DNA from: Myxococcota bacterium
Lineage (GTDB): Bacteria > Myxococcota_A > UBA9160 > JAFDDA01
DNA length: 64,000 bases
Direction of reading: 5' to 3'
Assembly: GCA_965228475.1 (NCBI GenBank)
Contig: OZ245817.1
Coordinates: 736,001-800,000 of the forward strand
Shown here: positions 17,138-26,948 of the stretch, one piece after another
How the letters are laid out: the number at the start of each line of letters is the position of its first letter
How positions within the stretch are numbered: the stretch's first letter is position 1
Position numbers and translations under genes: made by a program
Notes under the pieces: model-generated
The model's input: only the letters and a program-made list of their open reading frames with translations
Told to the model about the DNA's origin: nothing
Databases searched by the model: none

Positions 17138-18735
17138 CAGGGGGAACCCTCGGCGCGCGGGTCGTTCTCGCGAAGCCCGCGCAGCGCGCGCGTCGGGTCG
17201 TCGCGCGTGCGTTCGAGGAAACGCGCGACCTCTTCGGGGGTGAGTTCGGGCGGCGGGGGAAGGCGGGCACGCTCGGGTTCGGGGGTCTCGTCGCTCGAAT
17301 CGTCGGGCGGCTCGGGGGACGAAGCGTCGGCTTCGGAAGGGCTCGGCTGCGGCGGAGGCGGCGGCGGATTCGCTTCGAGCGCCTGGAGCGTCCACTCGAG
17401 ATTGAAGCGCGCCTCGAGATCCTCGGGCGCGAGCGCCACGGCCTCGAAGAAGGCGTCGCGCGCGGCCTCGAAGCGGCCCGCTTCCAGCGCGGCCACCCCG
17501 GCGCCGTAGTACGCTCGCGCGCTTCGCTCGGCTCGGGTACCGAGCAGGGCCGCGGCGCGGAAGGCGCGTTCGGCTTCTAGCCAATGCCCGGCGTCCGCCA
17601 GGGCCAACCCCCGCTCGAAGGCGCGCTGGTCGCGGGGGGCCGAGCCCGGAGCTGCGGCGACGAGACCCAGCGCGACGAGGATCCCGGCGCGCCCCGCGCT
17701 CGGGATGCGCAGCGTCGGCCAGGAAAACGTTCCGAACGATCCGGCGCGGCCGGGCCGGCCCGCGCCGCCCGGGCGGCGGAGCGCATCGAAGAGCAGGAGC
17801 GCCAGGGCGAGGGCCGCCACGGGCACCGTTCGGACGGCGGGGACGCGCCGCTCGATGAAGCCGGTCTCGGCCGCGAGGGCGGCGTCGCGGCGGACGGCCG
17901 CGAGCAGGGCGGCTTCGTCGACGGCGCCGAAGCGGTCCGTCGCGAGCAGCTCGCCGCCGGTGGCCGAGGCGAGGGCGAAGAGCCGCTCGGTGTCGAGCCG
18001 CGTTCGGACGGGGCGGCCGCGCCGGTCGCGCAGTTCGAGCCCCTGGTTCGGGATGGCGGCGCCCTCTTCGCTTCCGAAGCCGACCGCGACGACCCGCACA
18101 CCGTCGCGCAGGAGTTCGGCCCGTCCGAGGTCGGGCGTGGCGTCGGCGTCTTCGCCGTCCGAGAGGACGACGAGCACGCGGGGCCGCTCACTGCCGGGGT
18201 CGAAGGCTTCGAGGGCGCGGGCGACGCCGGCGCCGAGGCGCGAGGCGCCGGGCCGCACGAGGGTCGTGTCGAGGGCGGGAAGCAATCCGGCGAGGGCGGC
18301 GTGGTCGTGACTGAGCGGCGCGACCAGCACGCCGCGCGCCGCGAAGGCGGCCAGTGCGGCGCGGTCGCCCGGCGCGAGGCCGGCGAGCAGTCCCTCGGCC
18401 GCGCGGCGCGCGCGGTCGAGCCGGCTCGGCGGGACGTCGCGCGCGTCCATGCTGCGCGAGACGTCGAGCAACACGACGACGTCGAGGCCCGAGGCCGAGA
18501 CCCGTTCGACGCGCGTACCCGAGCGCGGCCCGAGGGCGGCGATCGCCACCGCGGCGAGCGCGGCAAGCAGGAGGAGTTCTCTCGCTCCGCCGGCGCCTCC
18601 GCGGGCCGAACTCCCGAACAGGAGCCGACGCCTCCGGGCGGCGCGCACGCGGGCCATCGCGACGGCGGCGGCGAGACCGAGCCACGCGAGCGCGAGCGCC
18701 GGGATCCACTCGGGACGGACGAAGAAGGCGGTCAC
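17134..18735 (-). CDS. VWA domain plus TPR protein (BatB/BatC-like fusion)
   Basis: MIDAS LDVSRSM, PSRLDRA, LSDGED, a TM, a TPR (EARFNLE) and a Pro-rich tail ending in W. Confidence 0.85.
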   Translation of the reverse strand: MTAFFVRPEWIPALALAWLGLAAAVAMARVRAARRRRLLFGSSARGGAGGARELLLLAALAAVAIAALGPRSGTRVERVSASGLDVVVLLDVSRSMDARDVPPSRLDRARRAAEGLLAGLAPGDRAALAAFAARGVLVAPLSHDHAALAGLLPALDTTLVRPGASRLGAGVARALEAFDPGSERPRVLVVLSDGEDADATPDLGRAELLRDGVRVVAVGFGSEEGAAIPNQGLELRDRRGRPVRTRLDTERLFALASATGGELLATDRFGAVDEAALLAAVRRDAALAAETGFIERRVPAVRTVPVAALALALLLFDALRRPGGAGRPGRAGSFGTFSWPTLRIPSAGRAGILVALGLVAAAPGSAPRDQRAFERGLALADAGHWLEAERAFRAAALLGTRAERSARAYYGAGVAALEAGRFEAARDAFFEAVALAPEDLEARFNLEWTLQALEANPPPPPPQPSPSEADASSPEPPDDSSDETPEPERARLPPPPELTPEEVARFLERTRDDPTRALRGLRENDPRAEGSPW

Positions 18736-18781
18736 GGGAGGCACTCCCAAGCGCTCACGAGAGGCACTCCCCCGGGCTCAC
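18732..18781 (-). repeat. Two 23-nt-period units, each a coupled 8-aa mini-ORF
   Basis: GTGA at 18781/18758/18735 on the minus strand. ORFs MSPGECLS (18755-18781) and MSAWECLP (18732-18758) bridge the two VWA genes. Confidence 0.75.
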
Positions 18782-19803
18782 GAGATCACCCGCCGCAGGA
18801 CGGAGAACCCGAGCAGCTCGAGCGCGATGAAGCATCCGGCCGCGGCCAGGAAGGGTTCCGGGCGGGGCCGCTCGAGGCGCTCCCCCCGCGCCGGCCGCTC
18901 GACGCGTTCGAGGGCGTCGATGGCCTCGTAGACGGCGCCGAGATCCGCGCCGCTGCGCGCCCGGAAGAACCGGCCCCCGGTGTGCTGCGCGATCGCCTCG
19001 AGCGTTTCCGCGTCGAGGTCGTGGCGGCCGAAGCGCAGCCCGCGCGCGGCCGCACCCTCGGCGGCGCCCATCGCCACGCGGCCCTCCCCGCCGATGCCGA
19101 CGGTGTGGACCCGCACCTGGCTCGCGCGCGCGAGCTCCATCGCCACGTCGACGGGGATCTCGCCCGTGGTGTTGCGGCCATCGGTCAAGAGCACGACGAC
19201 ACGGCCTTCGGGGGACGCGCCGCCGCGTGCGGTGACGCGCCGGACGGCGAGCGCGAGCGCCTCGCCGAGGGCCGTCTCGTTCCCGGCGACGCCCGGCCGC
19301 ACGCGTTCGAGGGCGGCCGCGAGCAGGGCGCCGTCCTGGGTCAGGGGACACTGCGTGAACGCGTCGTCGCCGAAGACCACGAGCCCGACCCGGTCGCCCG
19401 CTTCGGCGCGGGTCCGGGCGAAGCGCGCGACGGTGCGCTGGGCGAGGGCCAGGCGGGTTCCCGGTTCGCCATCGATCTGCGCGTCGAGGGCCTGCATGCT
19501 CCCGGACGCGTCCACGACGAGCAGGAGGTCGAGCCCGAGCTCCGGGGGTGGCGCCGAGGGGCGCAGGCTCGTCGGACCGGCGAAGACGAGGGCCAGGGCC
19601 ACGAGCGCGCCGGCGCGGAGGAAGGCGCGAACGAACCGCTCGAGGTCGCGGGTGCGAAGACCAGCGGTGCGCGCCTCGGCGAAGGCCGGCCAGCTCGCGC
19701 CGCGCGCGCGCCGCCGGAGCAGGGCGGCCGCCGCGAGGAGGCCGGCCCCGCACAGCAGGAACCACTCGGGATGCAGGAAGGTGAAGTCCGCGGGCACGGT
19801 CAC
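18778..19803 (-). CDS. VWA domain protein (BatA-like)
   Basis: F.HPEWF N-terminus, DASGSM, DRVGLVVF, TALGEAL, LTDGRNT, and a C-terminal TM. Confidence 0.87.
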   Translation of the reverse strand: MTVPADFTFLHPEWFLLCGAGLLAAAALLRRRARGASWPAFAEARTAGLRTRDLERFVRAFLRAGALVALALVFAGPTSLRPSAPPPELGLDLLLVVDASGSMQALDAQIDGEPGTRLALAQRTVARFARTRAEAGDRVGLVVFGDDAFTQCPLTQDGALLAAALERVRPGVAGNETALGEALALAVRRVTARGGASPEGRVVVLLTDGRNTTGEIPVDVAMELARASQVRVHTVGIGGEGRVAMGAAEGAAARGLRFGRHDLDAETLEAIAQHTGGRFFRARSGADLGAVYEAIDALERVERPARGERLERPRPEPFLAAAGCFIALELLGFSVLRRVIS

Positions 19804-20756
19804 GTCTCCCGCGGCCGCACCGAGCGGGCGACGAAGGCGAGGGCGTCCTGGAACCAGGCGCGCAGGGCTTCCCGCGAAGCCGGCTCGTCGACGCCGCCGG
19901 GGAAGCGCAGGGCGTCGAGCCGCCGCAGCAGCGCGACGAACTCGGGCCAGTGCGAGAGCAGGCGGCCCGGCGGCCGCCGCGCGGCGATCTCTTCGGTCGT
20001 GAGGCTTTCGAGAGGGCGTGCGCTGCGGATGGCGGCGTAGCGCCGGAGGGCCAGCGCCGCCGCGTCGGCGGCTTCACGCGGATCCGCCTCGGCTTCGGCC
20101 AGCGCCCGGCGCAGATCCCGCTCGGCTCGCTCCCACGCGGGCGTCGTATCTTCCGCTTCGCCGGCACCCGCGGCCCGGGCCCGGCGTCTCCGCAGGAAGC
20201 GCCAGCCCGCCAGCGCGATCAGGGTGGCGAGCGAGCCGGCGGCGGCCGAGCCCCAGGCGGGGAGCCGGCCGCGCGGCGCGGATTCCGGCGCGTCGCGGAG
20301 TCCGAAGGGCACGAGCTGGTCCGGCAGTGCGTCGGAAGCCGAGACGACGACGAAGGGACGCGCCTCGAGGCGGAGCGTGCTCGTTTCGCCCCCGGGCCCT
20401 TCGACGGCGATCTCGCGCGCCGGCCATTCGTATTCTCCCGGGACGTCGCGCACGCGGGCACGGACCTGCGTCGTGTGGGTCCAGCGCCCGCCGTCGCGTT
20501 GCACCGGTCGGCGCTCGGCGTCGAGCAGCCAGAGCGGCGGGATCTCCTTCGGGAACTCGATCGGCGGAAGGTGGTGATCCGGCGCGGTCACGACGACGAC
20601 GTCGATCTTCACGAGCTCGCCCACGCGCAGGGCCGGCGGCTCGAAGACCACCGCGCCGTGGGTTGCGGACGGAGGCGGCGAGGGCTCGGGCGCTTCGCCG
20701 CAGGAAAGCAGAGCGCATCCAGCGAAGAGCGCGCCGAGCACGGTCCGGGCCCTCAT
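19800..20756 (-). CDS. Bat-operon accessory membrane/lipoprotein
   Basis: ATG 20756 (ATGA overlap), lipobox-like LLSC, Ig-like domain, a TM, then LRRY...TTEE...D..RF typical of this operon position. Confidence 0.7.
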   Translation of the reverse strand: MRARTVLGALFAGCALLSCGEAPEPSPPPSATHGAVVFEPPALRVGELVKIDVVVVTAPDHHLPPIEFPKEIPPLWLLDAERRPVQRDGGRWTHTTQVRARVRDVPGEYEWPAREIAVEGPGGETSTLRLEARPFVVVSASDALPDQLVPFGLRDAPESAPRGRLPAWGSAAAGSLATLIALAGWRFLRRRRARAAGAGEAEDTTPAWERAERDLRRALAEAEADPREAADAAALALRRYAAIRSARPLESLTTEEIAARRPPGRLLSHWPEFVALLRRLDALRFPGGVDEPASREALRAWFQDALAFVARSVRPRET

Positions 20757-21724
20757 GCCGCGCCCTCTCCGCGCGCACTCCGCTCGCGAACGAGCGCGAG
20801 CAGGGCGGTCAGCGGGTCCCGGTCGGTTCGCAGCCAGGTGCAGTCCGCCCCGAGGCTCCGCACCCGGCGGGTCACGTCGACGCGGCGCGCGCGCGCCGCG
20901 GCGGCATAGGCTTCGCGGACGCGCCGTCGCCCGGTCTGGAGAACGCCGGAGGGCCCGCCGCCGGCGGCATCGCGCAGCCGCACCGGCCCCGCCGCCGGGA
21001 GCGCGAGTTCGCGCGGATCCACGGGGAGGACGGTCACCAGATCCCGGTGCCGTGCGAGGCTCGCGAGGCCGGGGCCGACGCCGCCGCGCGGCGGCAGTGC
21101 GCCGTCGTCGCGCAGGTCCGAGAGCAGGACGAGGATGCCGCGCCGCGCCCGGCGCGCGTGGAGGTGGCGCGCGAGGCCTTCGACGTCCGCCGCGCCGGCG
21201 CAGGCGCTCGCATCGGCGACGGCGGTCTGGATCACCCGCCACGCGTGCCCCTCGCCGCGCCCGGCCGCGAGTTCGCTGCGGACGCCATCGGCGAAGGTCA
21301 CCAGCGCGACGCGATCGCCCGCGTGGGTCGCGGCCGCGGCCAGCAGGGCCGCCGCGTCGGCAGCGGTCTGGGCCTTGCTCCGGCCGGTGGTGCCGAAACC
21401 CATGCCGGCCGAGACGTCGAGCAGCAGCGTCAGGGTCTGGTCGCGTTCTTCGCGGAAGCGCTTCACGTAGGGGTGACCGCGCCGGGCCGTCGCGTTCCAG
21501 TCGAGGCTGCGCACGTCGTCGCCCGGGGTGTAGGGGCGGAGTTCGTCGAACTCGATCCCGGCGCCGCGGAAGGCGCTCGCGTAGCCGCCGGCGTAGAGGC
21601 TCGCCGCCATGCGGCGGCTGCGCAGGGCCAGCACCCGTGCGGCGCGCGCGAGCTCCGGCATCGCGTCCGCCGAGGTCTGCCAACGGTCCCTGGGGTTTCC
21701 GGCTGCGTGCGCGGGGGCGGCCAT
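20753..21724 (-). CDS. DUF58 family protein
   Basis: FRGAGIEFDELRPYTPGDDVRSLDWNATAR...VKRFREER. Confidence 0.9.
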   Translation of the reverse strand: MAAPAHAAGNPRDRWQTSADAMPELARAARVLALRSRRMAASLYAGGYASAFRGAGIEFDELRPYTPGDDVRSLDWNATARRGHPYVKRFREERDQTLTLLLDVSAGMGFGTTGRSKAQTAADAAALLAAAATHAGDRVALVTFADGVRSELAAGRGEGHAWRVIQTAVADASACAGAADVEGLARHLHARRARRGILVLLSDLRDDGALPPRGGVGPGLASLARHRDLVTVLPVDPRELALPAAGPVRLRDAAGGGPSGVLQTGRRRVREAYAAAARARRVDVTRRVRSLGADCTWLRTDRDPLTALLALVRERSARGEGAA

Positions 21725-21734
21725 GGAGGGGCGG

Positions 21735-22727
21735 TCAGGGGCTTTCGACGGCGGCCAGCACCGCGGTCACGACGTCGTCCGCCGTGATGCCGTCGGCCTC
21801 GGCCTCGTAGGACAGGACGAGGCGGTGGCGAAGGACCGCCGGGGCGATGCGCTTCACGTCGTGCGGAGTGACGAAGCGCCGGCCGTCGAGGAGGGCGCGG
21901 CCCTTGGCCGCGCGAACGAGGAAGACGCTCCCGCGCGGGGACGCGCCGAGGGCGACGGCCGCGCCGGCCGGTCGGCCCGCCAGGGTGGCACCGACGGCGT
22001 CGGGCGTCCGCGTCGCGCGCACCAGGCGCACGGCGTAGTCCGCGACGCTCGGCTCGACGTGGACGTCGGCGGCTTCCGCCTGGAGGCGCCGCACGCCCTC
22101 CGCGTCGAGCAGGCTCGCGAGGTCCGGGGCGGCCTCGCCGTCGCGCGCGACGATCCGGGCTTCTTCCTCGGCCTCGGGGTAGCCGACGAGGATCTTCAGC
22201 AGGAACCGGTCGAGCTCGGCTTCGGGGAGCGGGTAGGTGCCTTCGAGTTCGACCGGGTTCTGGGTCGCCATCACGAAGAACGGCGCGGGCAGGGGGATCG
22301 TGCGGTCGCCGATCGTCACCTGGCGCTCTTCCATCGCTTCGAGCAGCGCCGATTGCACCTTGGCCGGCGCGCGGTTGATTTCGTCGGCCAGCAGGACCGG
22401 CGTGAAGATCGGCCCTTCCTGGAGTTCGAAGCGGCCCTGCTCGTGCAGGTAGATCGGCGTGCCGAGCAGGTCGCCGGGCAGGAGATCCGGCGTGAACTGG
22501 ACGCGTCGGAACCCGAGGCCCAGCACCTCGGCCAGGGTACGGACGGCCGTCGTCTTGGCCACGCCCGGGACGCCCTCGACCAGCACGTGGCCGCCGGCGA
22601 GCAGCCCGAGCAGCAGGCCTTCGACCATCTCGTGCTGGCCGACCACGACCCGCGCGACCTCTTCGAGGAGACGTTTGGTCCCGGCCTCGTCGCCGCTCAT
22701 CCGTTCGATGTCGCTCTCGGAATCCAT
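21735..22727 (-). CDS. moxR: MoxR family AAA+ ATPase
   Basis: EGVPGVAKT, RVQFTPDLLPGD, ADEINRAPAKVQSALLEAMEE, ATQNP.E.EGTYPLPEA. Confidence 0.93.
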   Translation of the reverse strand: MDSESDIERMSGDEAGTKRLLEEVARVVVGQHEMVEGLLLGLLAGGHVLVEGVPGVAKTTAVRTLAEVLGLGFRRVQFTPDLLPGDLLGTPIYLHEQGRFELQEGPIFTPVLLADEINRAPAKVQSALLEAMEERQVTIGDRTIPLPAPFFVMATQNPVELEGTYPLPEAELDRFLLKILVGYPEAEEEARIVARDGEAAPDLASLLDAEGVRRLQAEAADVHVEPSVADYAVRLVRATRTPDAVGATLAGRPAGAAVALGASPRGSVFLVRAAKGRALLDGRRFVTPHDVKRIAPAVLRHRLVLSYEAEADGITADDVVTAVLAAVESP

Positions 22728-22765
22728 TCGGCGCCCCTCGGGCCGGGTTCGATCGGAGCCCAGGC

Positions 22766-23326
22766 CTAGTCTTTCCGACGCCTCACGGGGCGGCTCCGTT
22801 TCGGGCCCGCGGATTTCTCGACCAGCGTGGTCGTCCGGACCCCGGGAACTTCGCGCAGCCGCACCACACGTCCACCGGCCGCTTCGACCTCGGCACGCCC
22901 GACGATCTCGTCGAGGGCCCAGTCCCCGCCCTTGGCGAGTACGTCGGGCAGGACGGCGCGGATCACCGCGAGCGGGGTGTCGGCGCTGAAGCTCGTCACC
23001 CAGTCTACGCATTCGAGGCCCGCCAGGACCTCCATTCTTTGCCGCGCGGTCACGAGGGGGCGCGTCGGGCCCTTGAGCCGGCGCACGCTGGCGTCCGAGT
23101 TGACGGCGACGATCAGCCGGTCTCCGAGCGAGCGGGCCTGTTCGAGGCTCCGCACGTGGCCGACGTGGAGCCAGTCGAAGCAGCCGTTGGTGAAGACGAC
23201 GCGTTCGCCGCGCGCCTGGGCGCGCCGGACGGCCGCCACCAGCCGCTCGCGGTTGAGCAGCTTCGAGCGCGCGCGGCGCGGCGTGGCGCCGGCGCGCGGT
23301 TTCCCGGGGGCGCTAGGAATCCTCAC
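22766..23326 (-). CDS. rfaE2: D-glycero-beta-D-manno-heptose 1-phosphate adenylyltransferase
   Basis: VVFTNGCFD.LHVGH, NSDASVRRLKG..RP, LAKGGDW. Confidence 0.9.
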   Translation of the reverse strand: MRIPSAPGKPRAGATPRRARSKLLNRERLVAAVRRAQARGERVVFTNGCFDWLHVGHVRSLEQARSLGDRLIVAVNSDASVRRLKGPTRPLVTARQRMEVLAGLECVDWVTSFSADTPLAVIRAVLPDVLAKGGDWALDEIVGRAEVEAAGGRVVRLREVPGVRTTTLVEKSAGPKRSRPVRRRKD

Positions 23327-26141
23327 CTCGGGTCGGGGGCGCCGGAGGCGCCGCGACGTTGGGCGTCGAGAGATCCGGCGTCGAGCCTTCGTCGGCGGGG
23401 CTCTCGAAGGCGGACTGGATGGCGGTGATCGCGCGCCGCACGAAGCGCGGCACGCCCTCGACGGCCATGCTCGCCGGGCCGGTCGCGAGGGTCTTCAGCG
23501 GGACGAGGCTCGCATCGGGCGAGCGCCAGGGCCCCGTCACCTCGACGTAGGCGCCCATCAGGTTGTCGTCCTCGCCGAGGATCAGATCCGAGAGCACGGG
23601 GACCACCCCGATCACGCGGTCGATCGCCTTGAAGAAGAAGACGCCCACGACGGCCTCCACCGGGTGCGCCGGGTCGACGCCGTCGACGGTACCCGTCGCG
23701 AGCAGGCGGACGTCCGGCCCGTCGATGCGGAGCTCCTCCGCGTGCACGGTGCCGCGGTCGATGCGGAGCACGGCGTCGATGCTCGAGTAGCGCATCTCGT
23801 CGCGGCGCCGGAACGGATTGAACGTGTCCGTCGCCTTCGCGACGGCGAGCAGCACGGGCAGTTTGCGCAGGATCGCGCCGTCGCGCGCTTCGACGAGCAG
23901 CCGGCCTTCCATGCCCGCGATGACCCGGCGGCCCGGCCGCATCTCGCCGCGGAAGTTTCCGTCGAGCACGACGTCGCCCGTGGCTTCGTGGGGCTCGAGG
24001 CCGATCTTGTCGACGATGCCCGGTGCCTTCGCGCCCTCGACGCGCACCGTCGTCCAGTAGGGGAGCTCGTCCGGCTTCGAGAAATCGATCGTGCCCTCGC
24101 CGAGGCCGCGGCCCGCGATGCCGAGGTCGAGGTCGTAGCTCACGAGCCGGACGTTCTGGCCCTTGGCGTGGAAGCGGCCCGTGCTCTTCAGGACGCGCCA
24201 ATCGCCGAGGTTGTGCGGGTCGAGGTGCCAGCGGCCGCGCGCCCAGACCGGGTCCGCGACGTCGAGCGGTTCGAGCCCGGCGATGGCCGGCCTCACGCCG
24301 ACCTTCACGGAGACGCGCTCGACCTTGCGTTCGCCCTTCGACTGCTGGATCGCCCAGATGCCCTCCGCGCGGATCGGCACGCGGCCCCAGATGCCGTGCT
24401 CGACGAGGATGCGGATGCCGTCCTCGCCCGGGATGGCGCGCGCGAACAGGTTGCGCAGGGGCCAGAGCAGGGTCGGGTGCACGACGTGGTCGAGGTCGAG
24501 GAGCAGCGCGCCCGGCATCTCGCCCGGCGGGCGGTTCGGATCGACGACGATCTGGTACATCGGGCCGAGGCCGAGCATGAGCGGGGCGTTCGGGTCGTCG
24601 GGGATCTCGCGCAGGCCGCGGTTGCCGCCGAGGTTCGTGACGCCGTCGAGGGTGGCGTCGAGCGTCGGCATCCAGTGGCCGCCGCGGCGCCCGCGCACGC
24701 CGCGCAGCTCGAGGCGGTCGCCGCGGAAGGCGACACGGCCCGAGAGGTCCGTCAGGGTGTTGCCTTCGCCCGCGCGCACCGCGAAGCCGGCGAAGCGCGC
24801 CGAGGCTTCGACGGTCTCCGGCAGCAGGCCCACGATGTCGTCGTCGAAGGCGCGCCACCATTCGCCGAGGGTCGCGTCGCCCGAGACCTCGACGTCCTCG
24901 AGCCGCCCGGAGCGCAGCGGTTCGAGCACGCTTTCGACCGTCGCGAGCTGCCGCGGCGGGAGCAGCGCGATCAGGTGGCGGCGCTGCTCGAGGTCGTAGT
25001 GGTCGACGCCGACGCGCGCCATCGTGTGCGAGGGGAGGCCGAGGGGGCGGGCGATCTCGGCCGAGGCGGAGAGTTCGGTCTGCTCCGCGGCGACGAAGGC
25101 CCGTTCGATGCGCAGGCGTTCGGGGTCGATGTCGGCGTCGAGCCCGGCCCGTACGGTCTCGAGGTCGACCGGAACGGGCTCCGCATCCCCGAGCCGGGGC
25201 AGGGAGCCGGCGACCCGCTCGGCGTCGAGGCGCGCCGTGATCTCGAAGACGCCGGGCTGGGGCCGCGCGGCGCGCACGGCGAGCTGGCCGAGGCCGTCGA
25301 TCTCGGCCGTCGGCAGGAAGCTGCGGAGCACCGGACCGGCGGAGGCGAGGGGCCACTCGCGCAGCCGCAGGTCGGCGGCCAGGGCGCCGCGGCGGTCGCG
25401 ATCGAGGTCGAAGGCGAGGGCGGCGGATTCGGCGCCGGCGTCGAGCTTCGCCACCAGGGCGAGCTCGGCCTGGCCGCCGCGGCGCGAGCGCAGCGTGCCG
25501 CGGACGTCCTTCAGCCGGAGCGCCAGGGGCGGGCCCTCCGGGCCGAGGGGCGGCGCCTCGAGCAGGAGTTCCGAGCGCTCGAGGGAGATCTGCTGGCCGC
25601 GCAGGGGGCCCGCGAGGGCGGTCTCGAGCTGGCTCGCGATGGCTTCGAGGAAGCCGACGAGGGGCTCCGGCGGAGCGGCCTCCTCCGCGGCCACCTCCTC
25701 CTCGAGGGCTTCCGGCGAGCGGAGGATCGGGCCCGGCGGCGGCGCGGAGACGGCGGGGAGCGCCTCGCTCTGGCCCAGGCGGGCCCGCACGCCGTCCAGG
25801 GCGAGGGCGCGAAGGTGGACCTCGCCCCGCAGCAGGGCCAGGGGGGCGATCTCGGCCTGGAGCCGGTCGATGGAGAGGGCGGCGACGGCGCCGCCGTTTC
25901 CCGCGGTCTCGATCTCGCCGGCATCGAGCAGGACGCCCTTCATCCAGGCCAGCGCCCCGGCGCCGAAGAAGAGCCGGGCCGAGCCGACCGTGACCGGGGA
26001 GCCGAAACGCTCGGAGAGGGCGGTTTCGAGGCTCGCGCGCGTCCGTTCGGGGCCCCACTGCGAGGCGGCGAGCAGCCCCGCCCCCGCCGCGACGAGGAAC
26101 AGGGCCAGACCGACGATGACGATGCGGACGGGCCGGACCAA
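23313..26141 (-). CDS. AsmA-like/YhdP-type envelope protein
   Basis: N-terminal TM anchor, long beta-rich body, and a C-terminal AsmA_2-like region (ATGTVD...IDRVIGVVPVL...EVTGPWRSP). Confidence 0.7.
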   Translation of the reverse strand: MVRPVRIVIVGLALFLVAAGAGLLAASQWGPERTRASLETALSERFGSPVTVGSARLFFGAGALAWMKGVLLDAGEIETAGNGGAVAALSIDRLQAEIAPLALLRGEVHLRALALDGVRARLGQSEALPAVSAPPPGPILRSPEALEEEVAAEEAAPPEPLVGFLEAIASQLETALAGPLRGQQISLERSELLLEAPPLGPEGPPLALRLKDVRGTLRSRRGGQAELALVAKLDAGAESAALAFDLDRDRRGALAADLRLREWPLASAGPVLRSFLPTAEIDGLGQLAVRAARPQPGVFEITARLDAERVAGSLPRLGDAEPVPVDLETVRAGLDADIDPERLRIERAFVAAEQTELSASAEIARPLGLPSHTMARVGVDHYDLEQRRHLIALLPPRQLATVESVLEPLRSGRLEDVEVSGDATLGEWWRAFDDDIVGLLPETVEASARFAGFAVRAGEGNTLTDLSGRVAFRGDRLELRGVRGRRGGHWMPTLDATLDGVTNLGGNRGLREIPDDPNAPLMLGLGPMYQIVVDPNRPPGEMPGALLLDLDHVVHPTLLWPLRNLFARAIPGEDGIRILVEHGIWGRVPIRAEGIWAIQQSKGERKVERVSVKVGVRPAIAGLEPLDVADPVWARGRWHLDPHNLGDWRVLKSTGRFHAKGQNVRLVSYDLDLGIAGRGLGEGTIDFSKPDELPYWTTVRVEGAKAPGIVDKIGLEPHEATGDVVLDGNFRGEMRPGRRVIAGMEGRLLVEARDGAILRKLPVLLAVAKATDTFNPFRRRDEMRYSSIDAVLRIDRGTVHAEELRIDGPDVRLLATGTVDGVDPAHPVEAVVGVFFFKAIDRVIGVVPVLSDLILGEDDNLMGAYVEVTGPWRSPDASLVPLKTLATGPASMAVEGVPRFVRRAITAIQSAFESPADEGSTPDLSTPNVAAPPAPPTRGEDS

Positions 26142-26527
26142 GGCGCCTCCAGGGGTGGGCGCAATCTAGCATCCGGGGCCTTCCCGGGTGCGAAAGTCGC
26201 GTAAAAGCCGCGCCTTGGCGGCACTCTGCGCGTCAGGGGTATGTGCTCTTTATAGGACGAGAGGGTCACCGGAGGTGTTCGTCTCCAGGGCGCCCCGAGT
26301 CAAGTTCCCTCCATCCTGCGCCCTCACTTCCCCCTCACGAATGTGCGTTTTCGGCCCTAGGTGCCCGCCCGGTCAGGGCTGGCGGGCCCCCGCGTTTCCC
26401 CCGGGGCCGAAGCCCGGCGAACCGTCCAACTCCGCCTTTTTTCTCAAGAAATTCCCCTGCGGGCCGTTCAGGACCCAGAGCGATCGCGTCTGTTGGTCAA
26501 CCACGTGAAGCAAGGGAGTGCGACGCG

Positions 26528-26803
26528 ATGGACCATTTCGGGAACGGGAATGCAATCGATGGAGAGGCTTCCCGCCCGCTCCAGATGAATCGGGTTCGCG
26601 AACTCCGCGAAAACCGGTTGATGACGCAGGCACAACTTGCCCGGAAGGCAAGAGTGGCCCTGCGCACCATCCACAGTGTCGAGAAGGGCATGAACTGTCG
26701 CATGGATACCAAGCGGAAGATCTTGCTGGCTCTCGGGCTGCGATTCGAGGATCGGGACAAGGTCTTTCCGCCGGCCCACCAGCTCGACCCGAGCTTGAAC
26801 TAG
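26528..26803 (+). CDS. Small XRE/HTH transcriptional regulator
   Basis: NRVRELRENRLMTQAQLARKARVALRTIHSVEKG...TKRKILLALG. SD GGGAG before ATG 26528. Confidence 0.85.
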   Translation: MDHFGNGNAIDGEASRPLQMNRVRELRENRLMTQAQLARKARVALRTIHSVEKGMNCRMDTKRKILLALGLRFEDRDKVFPPAHQLDPSLN

Positions 26804-26948
26804 GGCCTCGGGCCCGCCTGGCGGGCCCGGAATCGGGTGCCAAGCAGCCCCGACGCGTCAGCCGAACCTGACGTGTCGGGGCCGCGGTAACATCGGCGAC
26901 CAGGGGAGCACGAGGTCCCCGCCGGGAGTCTCGCTCCAGGAGGTCGTC

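Noticed and set aside
15881..22727. MoxR-DUF58-VWA-TPR-BatD cluster as a novel system
   Set aside because: This is the well-known Bat-type operon. Only its junction units are unusual.
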